Source: Eledone cirrhosa (lineage: Eukaryota). Taken from it: 64,000 bases of DNA. The notes beneath the pieces were generated by a model that had not been told where the DNA came from, did not search any database, and worked only from the letters and a program-made list of their open reading frames with translations. The stretch lies in contig OZ024748.1 in NCBI GenBank assembly GCA_964016885.1, forward strand, positions 48,174,001 to 48,238,000, read 5' to 3'. Made by a program: the position numbers and the translations under genes. This document shows, piece by piece, positions 38,185 through 52,294 of the stretch (the first letter of the stretch is position 1; the number at the start of each line of letters is the position of its first letter).

Positions 38185-38520
38185 CCTATTCTTCTTCGTC
38201 CACTTATTCCTGAGAGGGTTATGGGAGCAGAGTCCTCAAATACTCCCTCCAGCGAGTCCTGTCAGAAACAACCATTTCCAACTGATCCGGCTGGATCCCC
38301 AAGCGTGACCAGCCAAGCTCATAAATGTTATCCAACCACCTTGCTGAGGGTCTACCCCCGGGTCTCCTGCTGATTGGATTGCCTGTAAAATCTGTCCAGC
38401 GATTCTTTCCCCGAGACATTCTCATCATGTGCCCATAGTTTTCGAGCTGTGATACCTCAATTCAGAGAAGTAGTGGCTCTACCTGGAGTGAATCTCTGAT
38501 CTCTGAACTATGCACTCTAT
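38185..38520 (-). mobile_element. RTE-like LINE 3' end with (GAA)n tail
   Basis: GHMMRM..RRPGGRPSARWLDNI..DRTRWR. Confidence 0.7.
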
Positions 38521-38708
38521 CATCATTTCATTTTACGTCCGCTTCTCCCTGCTTGCAAGGGTGGGACGGGAACTGATTCTGGCTTGATTTCTACAGCTGG
38601 ATGCCCTTCCTAACACCAACCTCATTTACAGTGAGTGGTGGGTGCTTTTTTGTACCAATAATGCACTGGGATAATTGCTGGCTTTGTGCCAAAAGTAGAA
38701 ACAATTAT

Positions 38709-39372
38709 TTTCTTCATGCTCATAGACCTGGGCAAGATGGTTGCTGACCTTTTTCTTCTGCGAAAGATGTTGCTTCAGTGTTACTATCCAGGTCTCATAT
38801 GATGTTAAAATGGATTTTAGACCCTGGCCACCTTCCTTGCGTGAAAAGTATAGCCTATCCACATCACCATTGATGTTAAAGTTTCCAGTAACACTGAGAA
38901 GCTTGCGAGTTCTTACATCCATCTCACTTAGTTCTTGCAATAACCAGATCAGTAGGCCAAATGTGGTGTTAGGATTGGCACAGCAAAAGTATTTGTTGTA
39001 TGCTGACAGTTCTGATGACCATATTTTCTTTACTCTCCTGAGGTATTCAGTTCTGTTTCTCTCTTTATTTATGGGTCCATCATATCTGACATTCTTATCC
39101 TGTCCAAGATATCTGTAGTTGATACCTGACTGTAGAGGTTGTATTGTCAATATTGTCAGGCCATTCATCTCTAGATTTCCAGAGGAGGGCACAACCCTTC
39201 CACATTTCACTGACAAATATGACATTTGGACTCACTAAATTTCATTCTGATGTCTGCAGAAAATTGTGTAATGAGGTCCAATTGTTTTTAATATAGTTGA
39301 TATTTGGTCCATACAACTTCAGGTCATCAACAAAGAGAAGATGGGAAATACTTCTGGACTCACTTCCATGAC
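38709..39372 (-). mobile_element. R4/Dong-like RT fragment
   Basis: ISHLLFVDDLKLY, YRYLG, MDVRTRKLL and DVDRLYFSRKEGGQGL motifs. Confidence 0.8.
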
Positions 39373-39595
39373 CCCTTTGTTTTGTGAACAGATATGATAT
39401 GTATGTACAAATAAAGAGAACTAATAAGAATTAAAAACTAAAAATTAAAGATTTAAAATTAATTGTTGAGGTAAGTTCTTTCATCTTCCTTGTTGAGAAG
39501 GAGACTGGAAAATGAACTCTTGTGTATAGAGAGAGGTGTGTAGTCATGATAGTAGTAGCAGCAACAGTGGTGGTAGGTACGTTTTTTTCACACAC

Positions 39596-39648
<53 letters not shown>

Positions 39649-39857
39649 TTTTTATGGTTTAGTGTTAAAGAATAAAACCTAAAGATAAAATAAATTTATA
39701 TCTTTAAAAATGAGGCCCTCAAGGGTTTGTGGCCCTAAACTATAGTTTATTTAGCTTCCGGGGAAGTCCACCACTGTGTGGTGTGTTAGAGAGATGACTG
39801 CATTTGTATAGACATAGGCACATAAAACATATATGTTAAATAAATCGTTATTTTTAC

Positions 39858-39999
39858 CTGAGTGTTGTTGCATGTTATCAAACCGTCGTTCCCAGTTGAC
39901 TGTTAGGTGAACATCTTTACCTACTGGCAACTCACTTTCAATGAAATTCACAGCATCTGCAGCTCGGCGGGTGATACGGTGGACTGGAATGGTATCAAT
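39858..39999 (-). CDS. AARSD1: AARSD1 internal exon (142 bp): IDTIPVHRITRRAADAVNFIESELPVGKDVHLTVNWERRFDNMQQHS(G)
   Basis: tttccag acceptor and gtaaaa donor; WERRFDxMQQHSG signature of AlaXp/AARSD1. Confidence 0.95.
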
Positions 40000-40002
40000 C
40001 TG

Positions 40003-40243
40003 GAAATAATATCAACAGCAGATGAGAGGAATAATATCAACAACAGATGAGAGGGATAATATCAACAACAGATGAGATGGATAATATCAACAGCAGATGA
40101 GATGGATATTATCAACAGAAGAGATGGATATTATCAACAGAAGAGAGGAATAATATCAACAGAAGAGAGGAATAATATCAACAGAAGAGAGGAATAATAT
40201 CAACAGAAGAGAGGAATAATATCAACAGAAGAGAGGAATAATA
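40003..40243. repeat. 21-24-bp minisatellite forming the acceptor region of the 142-bp exon
   Basis: (g)aataatatcaacag(cagat/aa)gagag repeated about 10 times. Confidence 0.9.
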
Positions 40244-40767
40244 AACATGATTTATTTAGAAGAGACAGAAAAATATTTTTTTTTAAATCAATCTGCGTTG
40301 TTGTTATTGTTGTTTAGCATTTGGTCATCCTTCACTGGGTATTTGATGTACATGTACTAGATAAGATATTAATTAATAGATAAAGTTTGCCTTAATTTCA
40401 ACAGTCCTATTCCATCATCATTAACATTTAATGAATATTTTTCCATGGTTGCATGGGTTAGACATATGTATGGGTAATCAGAAATATGGTGTATTTGGTG
40501 GTGGTGATAATGATGATGGCAAAGATGGTGGTGAAGCTGATGATGGTGTCGATGTTGATGATGATGATGAGGCTGATGAAGAGTTAAGTGCAGGTAACCA
40601 TGTGTAATGAGATAAACAGAAAATAATGTGATGAGGAGAACATTTTAATTAAAAGTTGAAAAATAGAACTATGATACAATTTTCCAGAAGTTGTTGAAGA
40701 TTTGGTATTTCTCTGAGCACGCTGACCACAGAGTGAAAATATATATTTTCTGGAATATACAGTGACT

Positions 40768-41210
40768 AGAATATTATTATTAATATTCGAAAAGCTCAGA
40801 TTTACATTTATTGTATTCAGCCCTGTAGAGCTATTTGTTAGTTATTTAAGCATAGCAAAGCAGGCCATTAATCGCTCATGTACACAAAACTAATTGGCCT
40901 ATCTGCTGATATGGAAATCTGGCTGATCAGTGGATCTGTTAATATGCAGATCTGACTGATCAGCCAATCTACTAATATGCAAATCAGACCAATCAGTCAC
41001 TGTCTATTTCAGAAAATATCATATATTTTCACTAGCTCTGACAGTTGCCAGGTACGCAGTATATGGTACTGATGATGAGTAATCACCCAGAAACATTACT
41101 GTCTGCTGTTCTGTTTATATGCCAACACAAGAGCAAGAATGACGGCGTTATTCTACTGACATGGCTTAAAGAGGCTGTTTGCATAATTGCAAACAAATCG
41201 TATATTATAA
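40768..41210 (+). mobile_element. Family A hammerhead element, third copy (hammerhead at 41064-41108)
   Basis: tggta-CTGATGA-tgagtaatcaccca-GAAA-cattactg-TC-tgctg; homologous to the reverse complement of 4028-4820. Confidence 0.72.
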
Positions 41211-41572
41211 TGGATTGGCAGTATCGGTAGAGGGTCGGACGCCATGCTTTGACGCATAGAGTTATGGCCCTTGCCATTCTGAGTTCAAATCCCGCCGAGG
41301 TTAACTTTGCCTTTCATCCTTACGGGGTCGATAAAATAAAGTACCAGTAATGTACTGAAAAATCTGGGACGAGGTGATAAAAACTGACCTTGCTCACTTA
41401 CACCTCTCTAAGACAATGTTACTGGATCGAGATCTTTGGCGCCATATAGTTGTACAGAAGACCTGCCTTCCCTTGCATACAAACTTAAACCTACAGTCAG
41501 TAGGTACTTCTTAACCCCATATACACACCACCCCACACACCCTACCCCACCCTCCCATTTCTGTTATATGGA

Positions 41573-41901
41573 GGCACATGGCTTAGTGGTTAGAGCATTG
41601 GCCTTGCAATTGAAAGGTTGTGAGTTCAATTCTCAGACCGGGTGATATGTTGTTTCCTTGAGCAAGACACTTTATTTCACATTGCTCCAGTTTACTCAGC
41701 TGTAGAAATGAGATGATAGGGACTGGGGTCCCTATCATTCAACTGTAAAGTGGTCGTGGAGGTGCCACGGCAAAAAAGCACCCAGCACTCACTGTAAAGG
41801 AGGTTGGTGTTAGGAAGGGCATCCAGCTGTAGAAATCAAGCCAGAATCAGTTCCCGTCCCACCCTTGCAAGCAGGGAAAAGTGGACGTAAAATGATGATG
41901 A
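41573..41901 (+). mobile_element. SINE family 1, full length
   Basis: Near-identical to 8375-8707. Confidence 0.9.
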
Positions 41902-42307
41902 TATATATATGAGATAGACAGAGACAGACAGACAAACAGACAGAGAGAATAAACTGTCTGTGTCCCTCACAATACAACAAAAATAAACTTGCAGCAAGAT
42001 ACAGTTTGATGGCATATTGTCTATGAACCGTCCCATTACATATTATTATTATCATTAAAGTATTTTTTTAAAGTATAGAAATGAAAATAATTGGCTGGCT
42101 CCAGCAGTGGAATAATAATTGAGTTGATGAAAAGGAAAATACAGGAAAATATGACAATAAAAAAAAACTTAGAGAAATTAAAAGAAAAGAAGTACAATAC
42201 ATACCACACTTTACTGAGAATAACATAGATATATGAGATATAACTAAAACCTAGGTTCAGTGAAATAAAGAAGAAAGTACTAAATAACGATCTGTACACA
42301 CAAACAA

Positions 42308-42340
<33 letters not shown>

Positions 42341-42421
42341 CACACACTAAACCCACCGTCTAAACCGATGCTAACGTGGAAGGTAGACGTTAAACAATGA
42401 TGATGACACACCCCCATATAT

Positions 42422-42765
42422 ATCATCATCATCATCATCATCATCATTTTACGTCCACTTTTCCCTGCTTGCAAGGGTGGGACGGGAACTGATTCTGGCT
42501 TGATTTCTACAGCTGGATGCCCTTCCTAACACCAACATTATTTACAGTGAGTGCTGCGTGCTTTTTTGCTGTGGCACCTCCACGACCACTTTACAGTGGA
42601 ATGATAGGGACTGGGTCCCTATCATCTCATTTCTACAGCTGAGTAAACTGGAGCAATGTGAAATAAAGTGTCTTGCTCAAGGAAACAACACATCACCCGG
42701 TCTGAGAATTGAACTCACAACCTTTCGATTGCAAGGCCAATGCTCTAACCACTAAGCCATGTGCC
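42422..42765 (-). mobile_element. SINE family 1, full length, inverted relative to 41573-41901
   Basis: Reverse-complement match. Confidence 0.9.
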
Positions 42766-42794
42766 TCCATATATATACACATCTATATATACAT

Positions 42795-43438
42795 AGGCAT
42801 CAGAGGTATCAAATGTTGTGTTCTGGAGAGGAGATTGCATTGGTATGGACATGTGATGCGTATGAAGAACAACAGCTGTATAAAAAAGTGCAGGGCAATG
42901 AATATTGATGAATAGTGTAGGAGACACAGTAAAAAGGCTCCTAGTCCACACTGTAAAAGTGGGTAGAGCAAAAAAAACCTGGGACGAGGTGATAAAAACT
43001 GACCTTGCTCACTTATACCTCTCTAAGACAATGTCACAGGATCGAGACCTTTGGTGCCATGCAGTTGTACAGAAGACCTGCCTTCCCTTGCATACAAACT
43101 TAAACCTACAGTCAGTAGGTACCTCTTAACCATGTATATACACACCACCCCACACACCCTACCCCACCCTCCCATTTCTGTCCACTGTGTCGGTGACACA
43201 ACAAAAAGCACCCTGTCCACACTGTAAAGTGGTCGTGTAGGAGACACAGTAAAAAGGCTTCCAGTCCACACTGTAAAAGTGGTTGGTGTTAGGAAGGGCG
43301 TCCAACCATAGAAAACCTGCCAGGGACAGTTCTATACGAGCAAAACACGGTCTCCCGACTAATCCTGCATCAAATGGAACAAAACCATCTAACCCATGCT
43401 AGTGTGGAAGATGGAGATTAAACGATGATGATGATGAT
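42795..43438 (+). mobile_element. RTE LINE 3' fragment
   Basis: GIRGIKCCVLERRLHWYGHVMRM; (GAT)n tail. Confidence 0.8.
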
Positions 43439-43647
43439 ACATACACACACAAATGTATATATACACACATACATACATTCATGCAATTGTACACAGACAT
43501 ATATATATATAATACAACATGTAGAAAAGATAACACACCAGAGAGAGAGACGGTGCGCCATCAGTCAAACAAAGAATAGCGAGAGTCTATGGTTCCGTTA
43601 ATTTATCGTAATATATATATATATATATATAAGGACGTATGTATCTA

Positions 43648-44181
43648 GAATAAGGACGGGTTGGAAGAAGTTTAGGGAGCTGCTTCCTCTGTTGACGAAG
43701 AAGGGTTTCTCCCTGCGTACGAAAGGCCGGTTGTATGATGCCTGTGTGAGGAGCGCGATGCTGCATGGTAGCGAGAAGTGGGCAGCAACTGCAGAGGATA
43801 TGCGACGGCTGGAGAGAAATGAGGCAAGCATGCTCCGTTGGATGTGCAGTGTAAATGTGCGTGAACGACCCAGCATAAATGTGTTGAAAGAGAAACTGTG
43901 TCTGAGAGGGATAGAATGTAGTGTACGGGAGAGGAGACTGAGGTGGTATGGACATGTGATGCGCATGGAGGATGACCGATGGGTGAAGAAGTGCCAGGAA
44001 ATGCCAGTTGAAGGAAGACATGGTAGAGGTAGACCACGAAAAACATGGGCGGAGGTGGTGAGAACAGACCTCAGATCATTGAAGCTCACGGTGGAGATGA
44101 CGAGGGATCGTGACGAGTGGAGAAATGCTGTGCTGAATAAGACCCGTCCCACCCTTGCAAGCAGGGATAAGCGGACGTAAA

Positions 44182-44240
<59 letters not shown>
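43648..44240 (+). mobile_element. RTE LINE 3' portion (second subfamily) with long (TGA)n tail
   Basis: RLYDACVRSAMLHGSE..RLRWYGHVMRM..GRGRPRKTW. Confidence 0.9.
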
Positions 44241-44242
44241 AA

Positions 44243-46060
44243 GATGGTATCAAAAGGTTTCCAGGTTAGTTCTGTAGCCCACCAACAGATGGCAACACAC
44301 TGTTGTGCGCACAGTGAGAGCTAGCAGTGACCTTCATGCACCAGTGTCCTGATTTATATCACTGTGTTCATTTCACAAGTTGTGAAAATTGTGTTTTTGT
44401 GATCACATGTATGGTGTGGCCTGTGGTTTTGTCAAGAACAGGAAGTTGGAACAAAGAGCCAACATGAAATTTTGCATTCAACTTGGGAAGTCTGCTACAG
44501 AGACATTGAGCATGCTTAGGCAAACTTACAGTGACAAGGTAATGGGTTGTACGCAATGCTTTGTGTGGCATGGGTGCTTCAAAAATGGAAGAACATCCTT
44601 GGAAGATGACAAGCAATATGAAATACCTGCCATGAGCATCACTCCTGAAAATGTGGAGAAAATTAACCAACTTGTGCATGTAAATATCATGTAATAGAAA
44701 TTTACAATGTTGTGTGGGTCACCAATTATAGTTTTTAATAGTTGGTAATGGATTGTTTTGTGGTGTTGATTTGTTAATTATAACAAGATGGTCAGCAGTG
44801 AAATAAAAAGGTGTATAATAAATCAGAACATTTTGATTGAAAACAAACAGGGATTTATTAAGTCAAGTGACAAGCATGACTAATGCAGAATATGTGACAA
44901 AGGTGTGAGCAGGTCAGTGGGAAAAAATGTTCAAGGCCATGACTGTTGCAAATATTAGCTTTCTGTTACTCACGTTGAAGAAGTAAAGTCCTTGCTTCAT
45001 ATAAGAATAATTGTTTCTACTTTTGGCACAAGGCCAGCAATTACCCAATGCATTACTGGTACTTTATTCTATCGACCCCGGAAGGATGAAAGGCAAAGTT
45101 AACCTTCATATAAGAATGATGTCCTGAGTTGCTGTTGTTGGAGCTGCAAAGACCATGTCTGGACGGCGTGGAAATTCAGCAGCGACTAATGAAGTTTTGG
45201 TGCCTCTTTATCCTTAGTGACGTCATCCTTAAATGGAAGTGACGTCACTAAGGCTTTGCGCACGTATCCACTACATACATGAGGACCGTCAGAGGGCAAT
45301 CAACAATATTGCTGATGTTGTTGGTCTGTTGTATGGGTCTCTCAGGCAATCCTAACCTCTAAATTAAACATGCAATGTGTCGCTGCCAAGTTTGTCCCTC
45401 GCCTGCTGACCACTGAGCAGAAAGAACATTGCATCGAAGTCTGTCAAGATCTCCATCAACATGCTGCTAAGGACCCATCCTTCATGTTGAGGATCATGGT
45501 GACAAGAGTTGGTCTAAGGATACGACCCTGAGATGAAGCAGCAGTCAACACAGTGGAAAAGCCCTTCATTTACATGACCAAAGAAGGCACAGCAGAGCCG
45601 CAGCTCAATCAAAAGAGTGCTCATCATATATTTCAACATCCGCAGTATTGTGCATCGAGAATTTGTTCCCCGGGGCCAGACCACCAATCAGATCTGCACA
45701 ACGTTTTGAGTTGTTTGAGGGAGGATATTTGGCGAAAGTGACCAGATCTATGAAGCTTGAAGAATTGGATTCTTCATGAAGACAATGCACCCTGTCACTG
45801 AGCTCTCCTCACTCGTGGGTTTCTCCAACATTGTATTGCTTCTGCATCCACCCTATTCACCAGATTTAGCACCTACAGACTTCCATTTCTTCTCCAAGCT
45901 GAAAATACAGCTCAAAGGTTGACATTTTAACACTGTTGTTGAGATCCAGAACGAATCACAGAAGCTCATTGACTAACTTGCGGAGAACAACTTCCAGGCT
46001 GGATTCCAAATGTGACTATTTCAAAGGAGACAATGTTAAAACTTTTTTTTAACATAACTA
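44243..46060 (+). mobile_element. Decayed mariner (Tc1/mariner) transposon split by a nested insertion
   Basis: EQRANMKFCIQLGKSATET, AKFVPRLLT, YDPE and HPPYSPDLAPTDF motifs, with stops and frameshifts. Confidence 0.9.
44679..45275 (-). mobile_element. Probable solo LTR inserted in the mariner, itself containing a SINE fragment (45009-45103)
   Basis: TGTA..TACA termini; tgca/taca near-TSD; AATAAA and two TGACGTCA motifs; SINE flanked by 14-bp TSD cttcatataagaat. Confidence 0.6.
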
Positions 46061-46175
46061 CTCCAGGGGCTTACATTTACAATATCAAAAGATAATATGT
46101 ACATATATTGGAAGATAGACGTTAAACGATGATAATGATGATGATGATGATATATATAAACGTTTTCATATTATA

Positions 46176-46206
<31 letters not shown>

Positions 46207-46257
46207 CAAAGGAATAGCCGTCGAAACGGCTTGAGCTCTGCCGTCGGGGTCATGCTT

Positions 46258-46289
<32 letters not shown>

Positions 46290-46626
46290 CAAGTATAAAA
46301 CGAAAACACAAGTAATGTAATACAAACATGTCAAAATAAATCCATTATTCCAATTAAGACTATTCTCTGGTTTTCATCTGGAGACTATGGTTATTGTGGA
46401 ATTATTTATACATAGATATAACTTTATATATATTTACTATATAAAGGCCAGTGATAATAGCTACAGTAAGGCTCCTTTCACATTTTAGCCAAGGATTGAG
46501 ATTGTAAACAAAAAAATATATATAAGAAAAATATATAGAAGAAAGATAAACAAAGGATTATTAAATTGTACTGAAGAAATATTTCTATTGTTTGGATATA
46601 ATATAGTGATGTGTATTTCTTTGTGC

Positions 46627-46682
<56 letters not shown>

Positions 46683-46861
46683 TTAGATTTTGAATTTGTT
46701 AAGCAAAATTTCTTATCCAAAAACATGTGTTGAAACAGATATTGTTATACTTTGGGAGGGTCATGCTGCCAATAAAAACACATGCACCTTTTGATTTTCA
46801 ATTCAATTTATTATAAATTTCTGGTTGGTTTGTTCAATAACCAGATGGTTATCTATATATT

Positions 46862-46903
46862 TTCAAAGCTCTTTCATCACACATTATGTGACCTCCTCAG
46901 TGA
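46862..46903 (-). ncRNA. Minimal hammerhead candidate (GAAAG..CUU variant)
   Basis: tca-CTGAGGA-ggtcacataatgtgtgat-GAAA-gagc-TT-tga. Confidence 0.55.
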
Positions 46904-47485
46904 TTGGGTTTATATTTTGTGTCTTCTTTGTTCTGACCTATCCCATCTTTTATATATATATATATATATATCACACAATACACATACATACATACATACA
47001 TACATACATACATACATACATACATACATACATACATACATACATACATACATACATAATACATACATGATGGCTGCAAACTCTGCTAAGAGTATTGCAA
47101 TCACTTGTCAGATTATTGAGTTCAGTGCACTTTTAGGATACGGCCAGCCACACGAACCTGTAACATATCTTGAACAAGCAATGCCTGTGCTTTGAAGGTT
47201 TTTAAGTGGGGAAAGGCCTTGCACTCGACCAATCCCACTCTCTGAGCAACAAAAACACTACCCAAAAAGGAGAACTGGTCAAAATCATCAGATGCTTCCA
47301 ACGCCACAGGTTTTTTCAGAGTTTCCCTCTCTTATGTCAGGTTGTTCTCGGGTGCTACTGGTAACATGTAACCCGGTACAACCTGTCTCATGGTCAGGTC
47401 GTCGGCAACTAAACCGGCAACCCCCACCAAGCTTGCTTGTTGTTATCGCTGCTATGGTTCCTATCCTGGTCACTAGTTCCACTAT

Positions 47486-47815
47486 TCATCATCATCACTC
47501 GTCGACTACTGTCGAGATGATGGATCTCATTCTCATGCCCCAGAATCCCCTGTCCCCCATCGCTGCCCCCCGGTCCTGTCTGCTGATTCCCGTATCCCTA
47601 GAGATAACGTCAGGGAATGACAGCTTCCTACTCCTAGTCAGGCTGGAGTCAGGGTTCCAGAGCAAGAGAGCGGATATGATTTCATTGCTGGCACGGTGAC
47701 AGTGGCCAGCAAATTGAGCTCTCCGGGATTTTAGAAGGGCAGAGGCTCGAGGGAGTTTGCCATAGATTTTAGACAAGGTGGGATGTCGTTTCCAGGATAG
47801 GTTCCACTATTAATG
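47486..47815 (-). mobile_element. RTE-like LINE 3' end
   Basis: IYGKLPRASALLKSRRAQFAGHCHR..LLLW; (GAT)n tail. Confidence 0.8.
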
Positions 47816-48592
47816 CTGCAGCTAGTCTCCATAATGTTGATATTGTTGATGTTATTGCTATTACTATCATTATTATCCTGGTTTCTATTATTGCTATTAT
47901 GGCTATCGGTATTGTTAGGGGTTATTAAGGTTGCTAGGTGTTCTAATGTTGGCATTACACCTAACTTAGCCAATCTTATAGCACTTAGTAACCACAGGAA
48001 GCTTACTAGAATGAAACCATCTTGTAATGCCAACATTACAAGATGGTTACTAGAAACTAGAAAATTATGTACAAAAACTGTATACATAATTATACATACT
48101 TTGCGTATATATTACAGATTATGTATGTATAAATGTATGTTTATAAAAGATACATTCGCAGCAGTATAAGTATATATAAGTATATATAAGTATATATAAT
48201 GTTACAAGAAAGGGAGAGGGGGAGGGACAGACACACCCCAGGCTAAGTGGTGTTCCAGCTGTGCTCCATCAACAAAATGGTGAAGGCATTACCATAGAAA
48301 ATGACCAAACACACCTGCTGCAACAGCCACCCCACCTCATGGGGTTCCTTCCAGAAGTGGGCCACCATCTTTCTAATTTTACAGAGGAAATCAGCAGTGC
48401 GGGGACCTAGAATACCAGAGGTCTCACCGAAGACCAGTACAAAGAGGAAGGAAGTAGTCGGTCAGGCCTTAGTATTTAACTATCTCCCCACCCCACCTCT
48501 GCATTGTGGGCAGTGGATCCCGGTTTTGTGACCAAAGCAACAAGGTTGTAGACAGAGAATGAGTCACAACATGCCGAATTCTAAGTTAGACA

Positions 48593-49322
48593 TTACACAA
48601 CAATATAGGTTGCTAGGGGTAGATTACACAACAATATAGGTTGCTAGGGGTAGATTACACAACAATATAGGTTGCTAGGGGTAGATTACACAACAATATA
48701 GGTTGCTAGGGGTAGATTACACAACAATATAGGTTGCTAGGGGTAGATTACACAACAATATAGGTTGCTAGGGGTAGATTACACAACAATATAGGTTGCT
48801 AGGGGTAGATTACACAACAATATAGGTTGCTAGGGGTAGCTTACACAATAATATAGGTTGCTAGGGGTAGATTACACAATAATATAGGTTGCTAGGGGTA
48901 GATTACACAACAATATAGGTTGCTAGGGGTAGATTACACAACAATATAGGTTGCTAGGGGTAGATTACACAACAATATAGGCTGCTAGGGGTAGATTACA
49001 CAATAATATAAGTTGCTAGGGGTAGATTACACAATAATATAGGTTGCTAGGGGTAGATTACACAACAATATAGGTTGCTAGGGGTAGATTACACAACAAT
49101 ATAGGTTGCTAGGGGTAGCTTACACAATAATATAGGTTGCTAGGGGTAGATTACACAATAATATAAGTTGCTAGGGGTAGATTACACAATAATATAGGTT
49201 GCTAGGGGTAGATTACACAACAATATAGGTTGTTAGGGGTAGATTACACAATAATATAAGTTGCTAGGGGTAGATTACACAATAATATAGGTTGCTAGGG
49301 GTAGATTACACAATAATATAGG
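48593..49322. repeat. 31-bp minisatellite ATTACACAACAATATAGGTTGCTAGGGGTAG, about 23 copies
   Basis: Read directly; very homogeneous. Confidence 0.97.
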
Positions 49323-49522
49323 TACAGTTGACACAGGAGATGTGTTGCTAGGTACAGTTTCTATGAATAGACAGACAGGAAGGGGGGGGGCAACTTTATG
49401 AGAAGGAAGTTTGCTAGGTACAACTTCTGCAGGTTCCTGGCTGCTTATTTCCATGAGTAAGCAAATTGCAAGCTGCAGCTTTAAAGTGTTAGATATTCTG
49501 TTTGTTAGATATTCTTAGCCCT

Positions 49523-50494
49523 CTGTGTGACTGTGTTACTGTGTTACTGTGTGTGTTTGATAGTGTGACTGTGTGACTGTATGTGTTTGATAGTGTGACT
49601 GTGTGTGTTTGATAGTGAGACTGTGTGACTGTGAGACTGTATGTGTTTGATAGTGTAACTGTGTGACTGTGAGACTGTATGTGTTTGATAGTGTGACTGT
49701 GTGACTGTGTGTGTTTGATAGTGTGACTGTGTGACTGTGTGTGTTTGATAGTGAGACTGTGTGACTGTGAGACTGTATGTGTTTGATAGTGTGACTGTGT
49801 GACTGTGTTACTGTGTGACTGTGTGTTTGATAGTGTGACTGTGTGACTGTGTGTTTGGTAGTGAGACTGTGTGACTGTGAGACTGTATGTGTTTGATAGT
49901 GTGACTGTGTGACTGTATGACTGTGTGTGTTTGATAGTGTGACTGTGTGACTGTGTTACTGTGTGACTGTGTGTGTTTGATAGTGTGACTGTGTGACTGT
50001 GTGTGTTTGATAGCATGACTGTGTGACTGTGTGACTGTGTGATTGTATGTGTTTGATAGTGTAACTGTGTTACTGTGTGACTGTGTGTGTTTGATAGTGT
50101 GACTGTGTGTTTGATAGTGTGACTGTGTGATTGTGTGTGTTTGATAGTGTGACTGTGTGACTGTGTGTGTTTGATTGTGTGACTGTGTGACTGTGAGACT
50201 GTATGTGTTTGATAGTGAGACTGTGTGACTGTGTTACTGTGTGACTGTGTGTGTTTGATAGTGTGACTGTGTGACTGTGTGTGTTTGATAGTGTGACTGT
50301 GTGTTTGATAGTGTGACTGTGTGATTGTGTGTGTTTGATAGTGTGACTGTGTGACTGTGTGTGTTTGATTGTGTGACTGTGTGACTGTGAGACTGTATGT
50401 GTTTGATAGTGAGACTGTGTGACTGTGTTACTGTGTGACTGTGTGTGTTTGATAGTGTGACTGTGAGACTGTATGTGTTTGATAGTGAGACTGA
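49523..50494. repeat. Complex satellite built from GTGTGACT / GTTTGATA 8-mers
   Basis: Read directly. Confidence 0.92.
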
Positions 50495-51134
50495 CAGACA
50501 CAGGTAGAGGTAGAGTGAATAATGATCACCAAAGTAGTGAGTGTGTAAATGTTTAAAAGAGTGTAGCCAAAGGCATAACATTGTAAATACACTCTGGAAC
50601 CAAATAACTTATTTATCTTCATCTCTCACACCCTACCTCACCCCACTCTCGCTCCTATCTCTGCTGTTTTACAATAATTCTTAAGTAAAACTTTCAGAAT
50701 TCAAATAAAATGCTACAAAAAGTTTAGAAAAAAACACTTTGGATTCAAAGTGCAAATTTCATTGCAAAACAAGAATTTACCACATATGTGTGTATATATA
50801 TATAGTTTTGAGAGGTTTTTGAATAACAACAACACCCAAACAAACAACACTGACCTAAGAGAAATATAAATAAATAAATAAATAGATAAATAAATAAATA
50901 AATACATACACACGCACAATAACAATAAACACATATAAACACACACTAGTAAAGATAGAATACATTAACCAATACACAGTCACCCAATCACGAACACACA
51001 TCAAACAAAACACTATACACACACGCAAACGTACGCGCAAAGATGACAAAATAAAATAAACAAATAAATAAATATATAAACAGACTAAATAAAGATGGCG
51101 TAGAAAATAAAATGCAACGGGAGGAAACAATAGC

Positions 51135-51176
51135 ACCACTGACGATGTTGCAGATGTGCAACGAAAGAACTTTGAT
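51135..51176 (+). ncRNA. Minimal hammerhead candidate (GAAAG..CUU variant)
   Basis: acca-CTGACGA-tgttgca(gatg)tgcaac-GAAA-gaac-TT-tgat. Confidence 0.55.
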
Positions 51177-51379
51177 AAACTATATATATGTGTTTGTGTC
51201 TATATTGTATCTGGATTTTTGACCGTTGGTCAGTCAATGGCAACATTGAGGACCGAATAAATTAGATTGACCGATATAAAAGACACAGAAGCGAAAAGCG
51301 AAAACCAACCAAACAGTGAGTGTGTTCTGTTATTAATTCTGGCAATATTACACAAATATGACCCTCCCCAAGTATAACA

Positions 51380-51449
<70 letters not shown>

Positions 51450-51485
51450 AGAGAGAGAGAGAGAGAGAGACACACACACACACAC

Positions 51486-51517
<32 letters not shown>

Positions 51518-51634
51518 AAAGGTTGGCAGGTAAATAGATTACGTCCACCTTTCCCTGCTTGCAAGGGTGGGACGGGAACTGATTCTGGTGGCTTGATTTC
51601 TACAGCTGGATGCCCTTCCTAACACCAACCTCAT

Positions 51635-52294
<660 letters not shown>

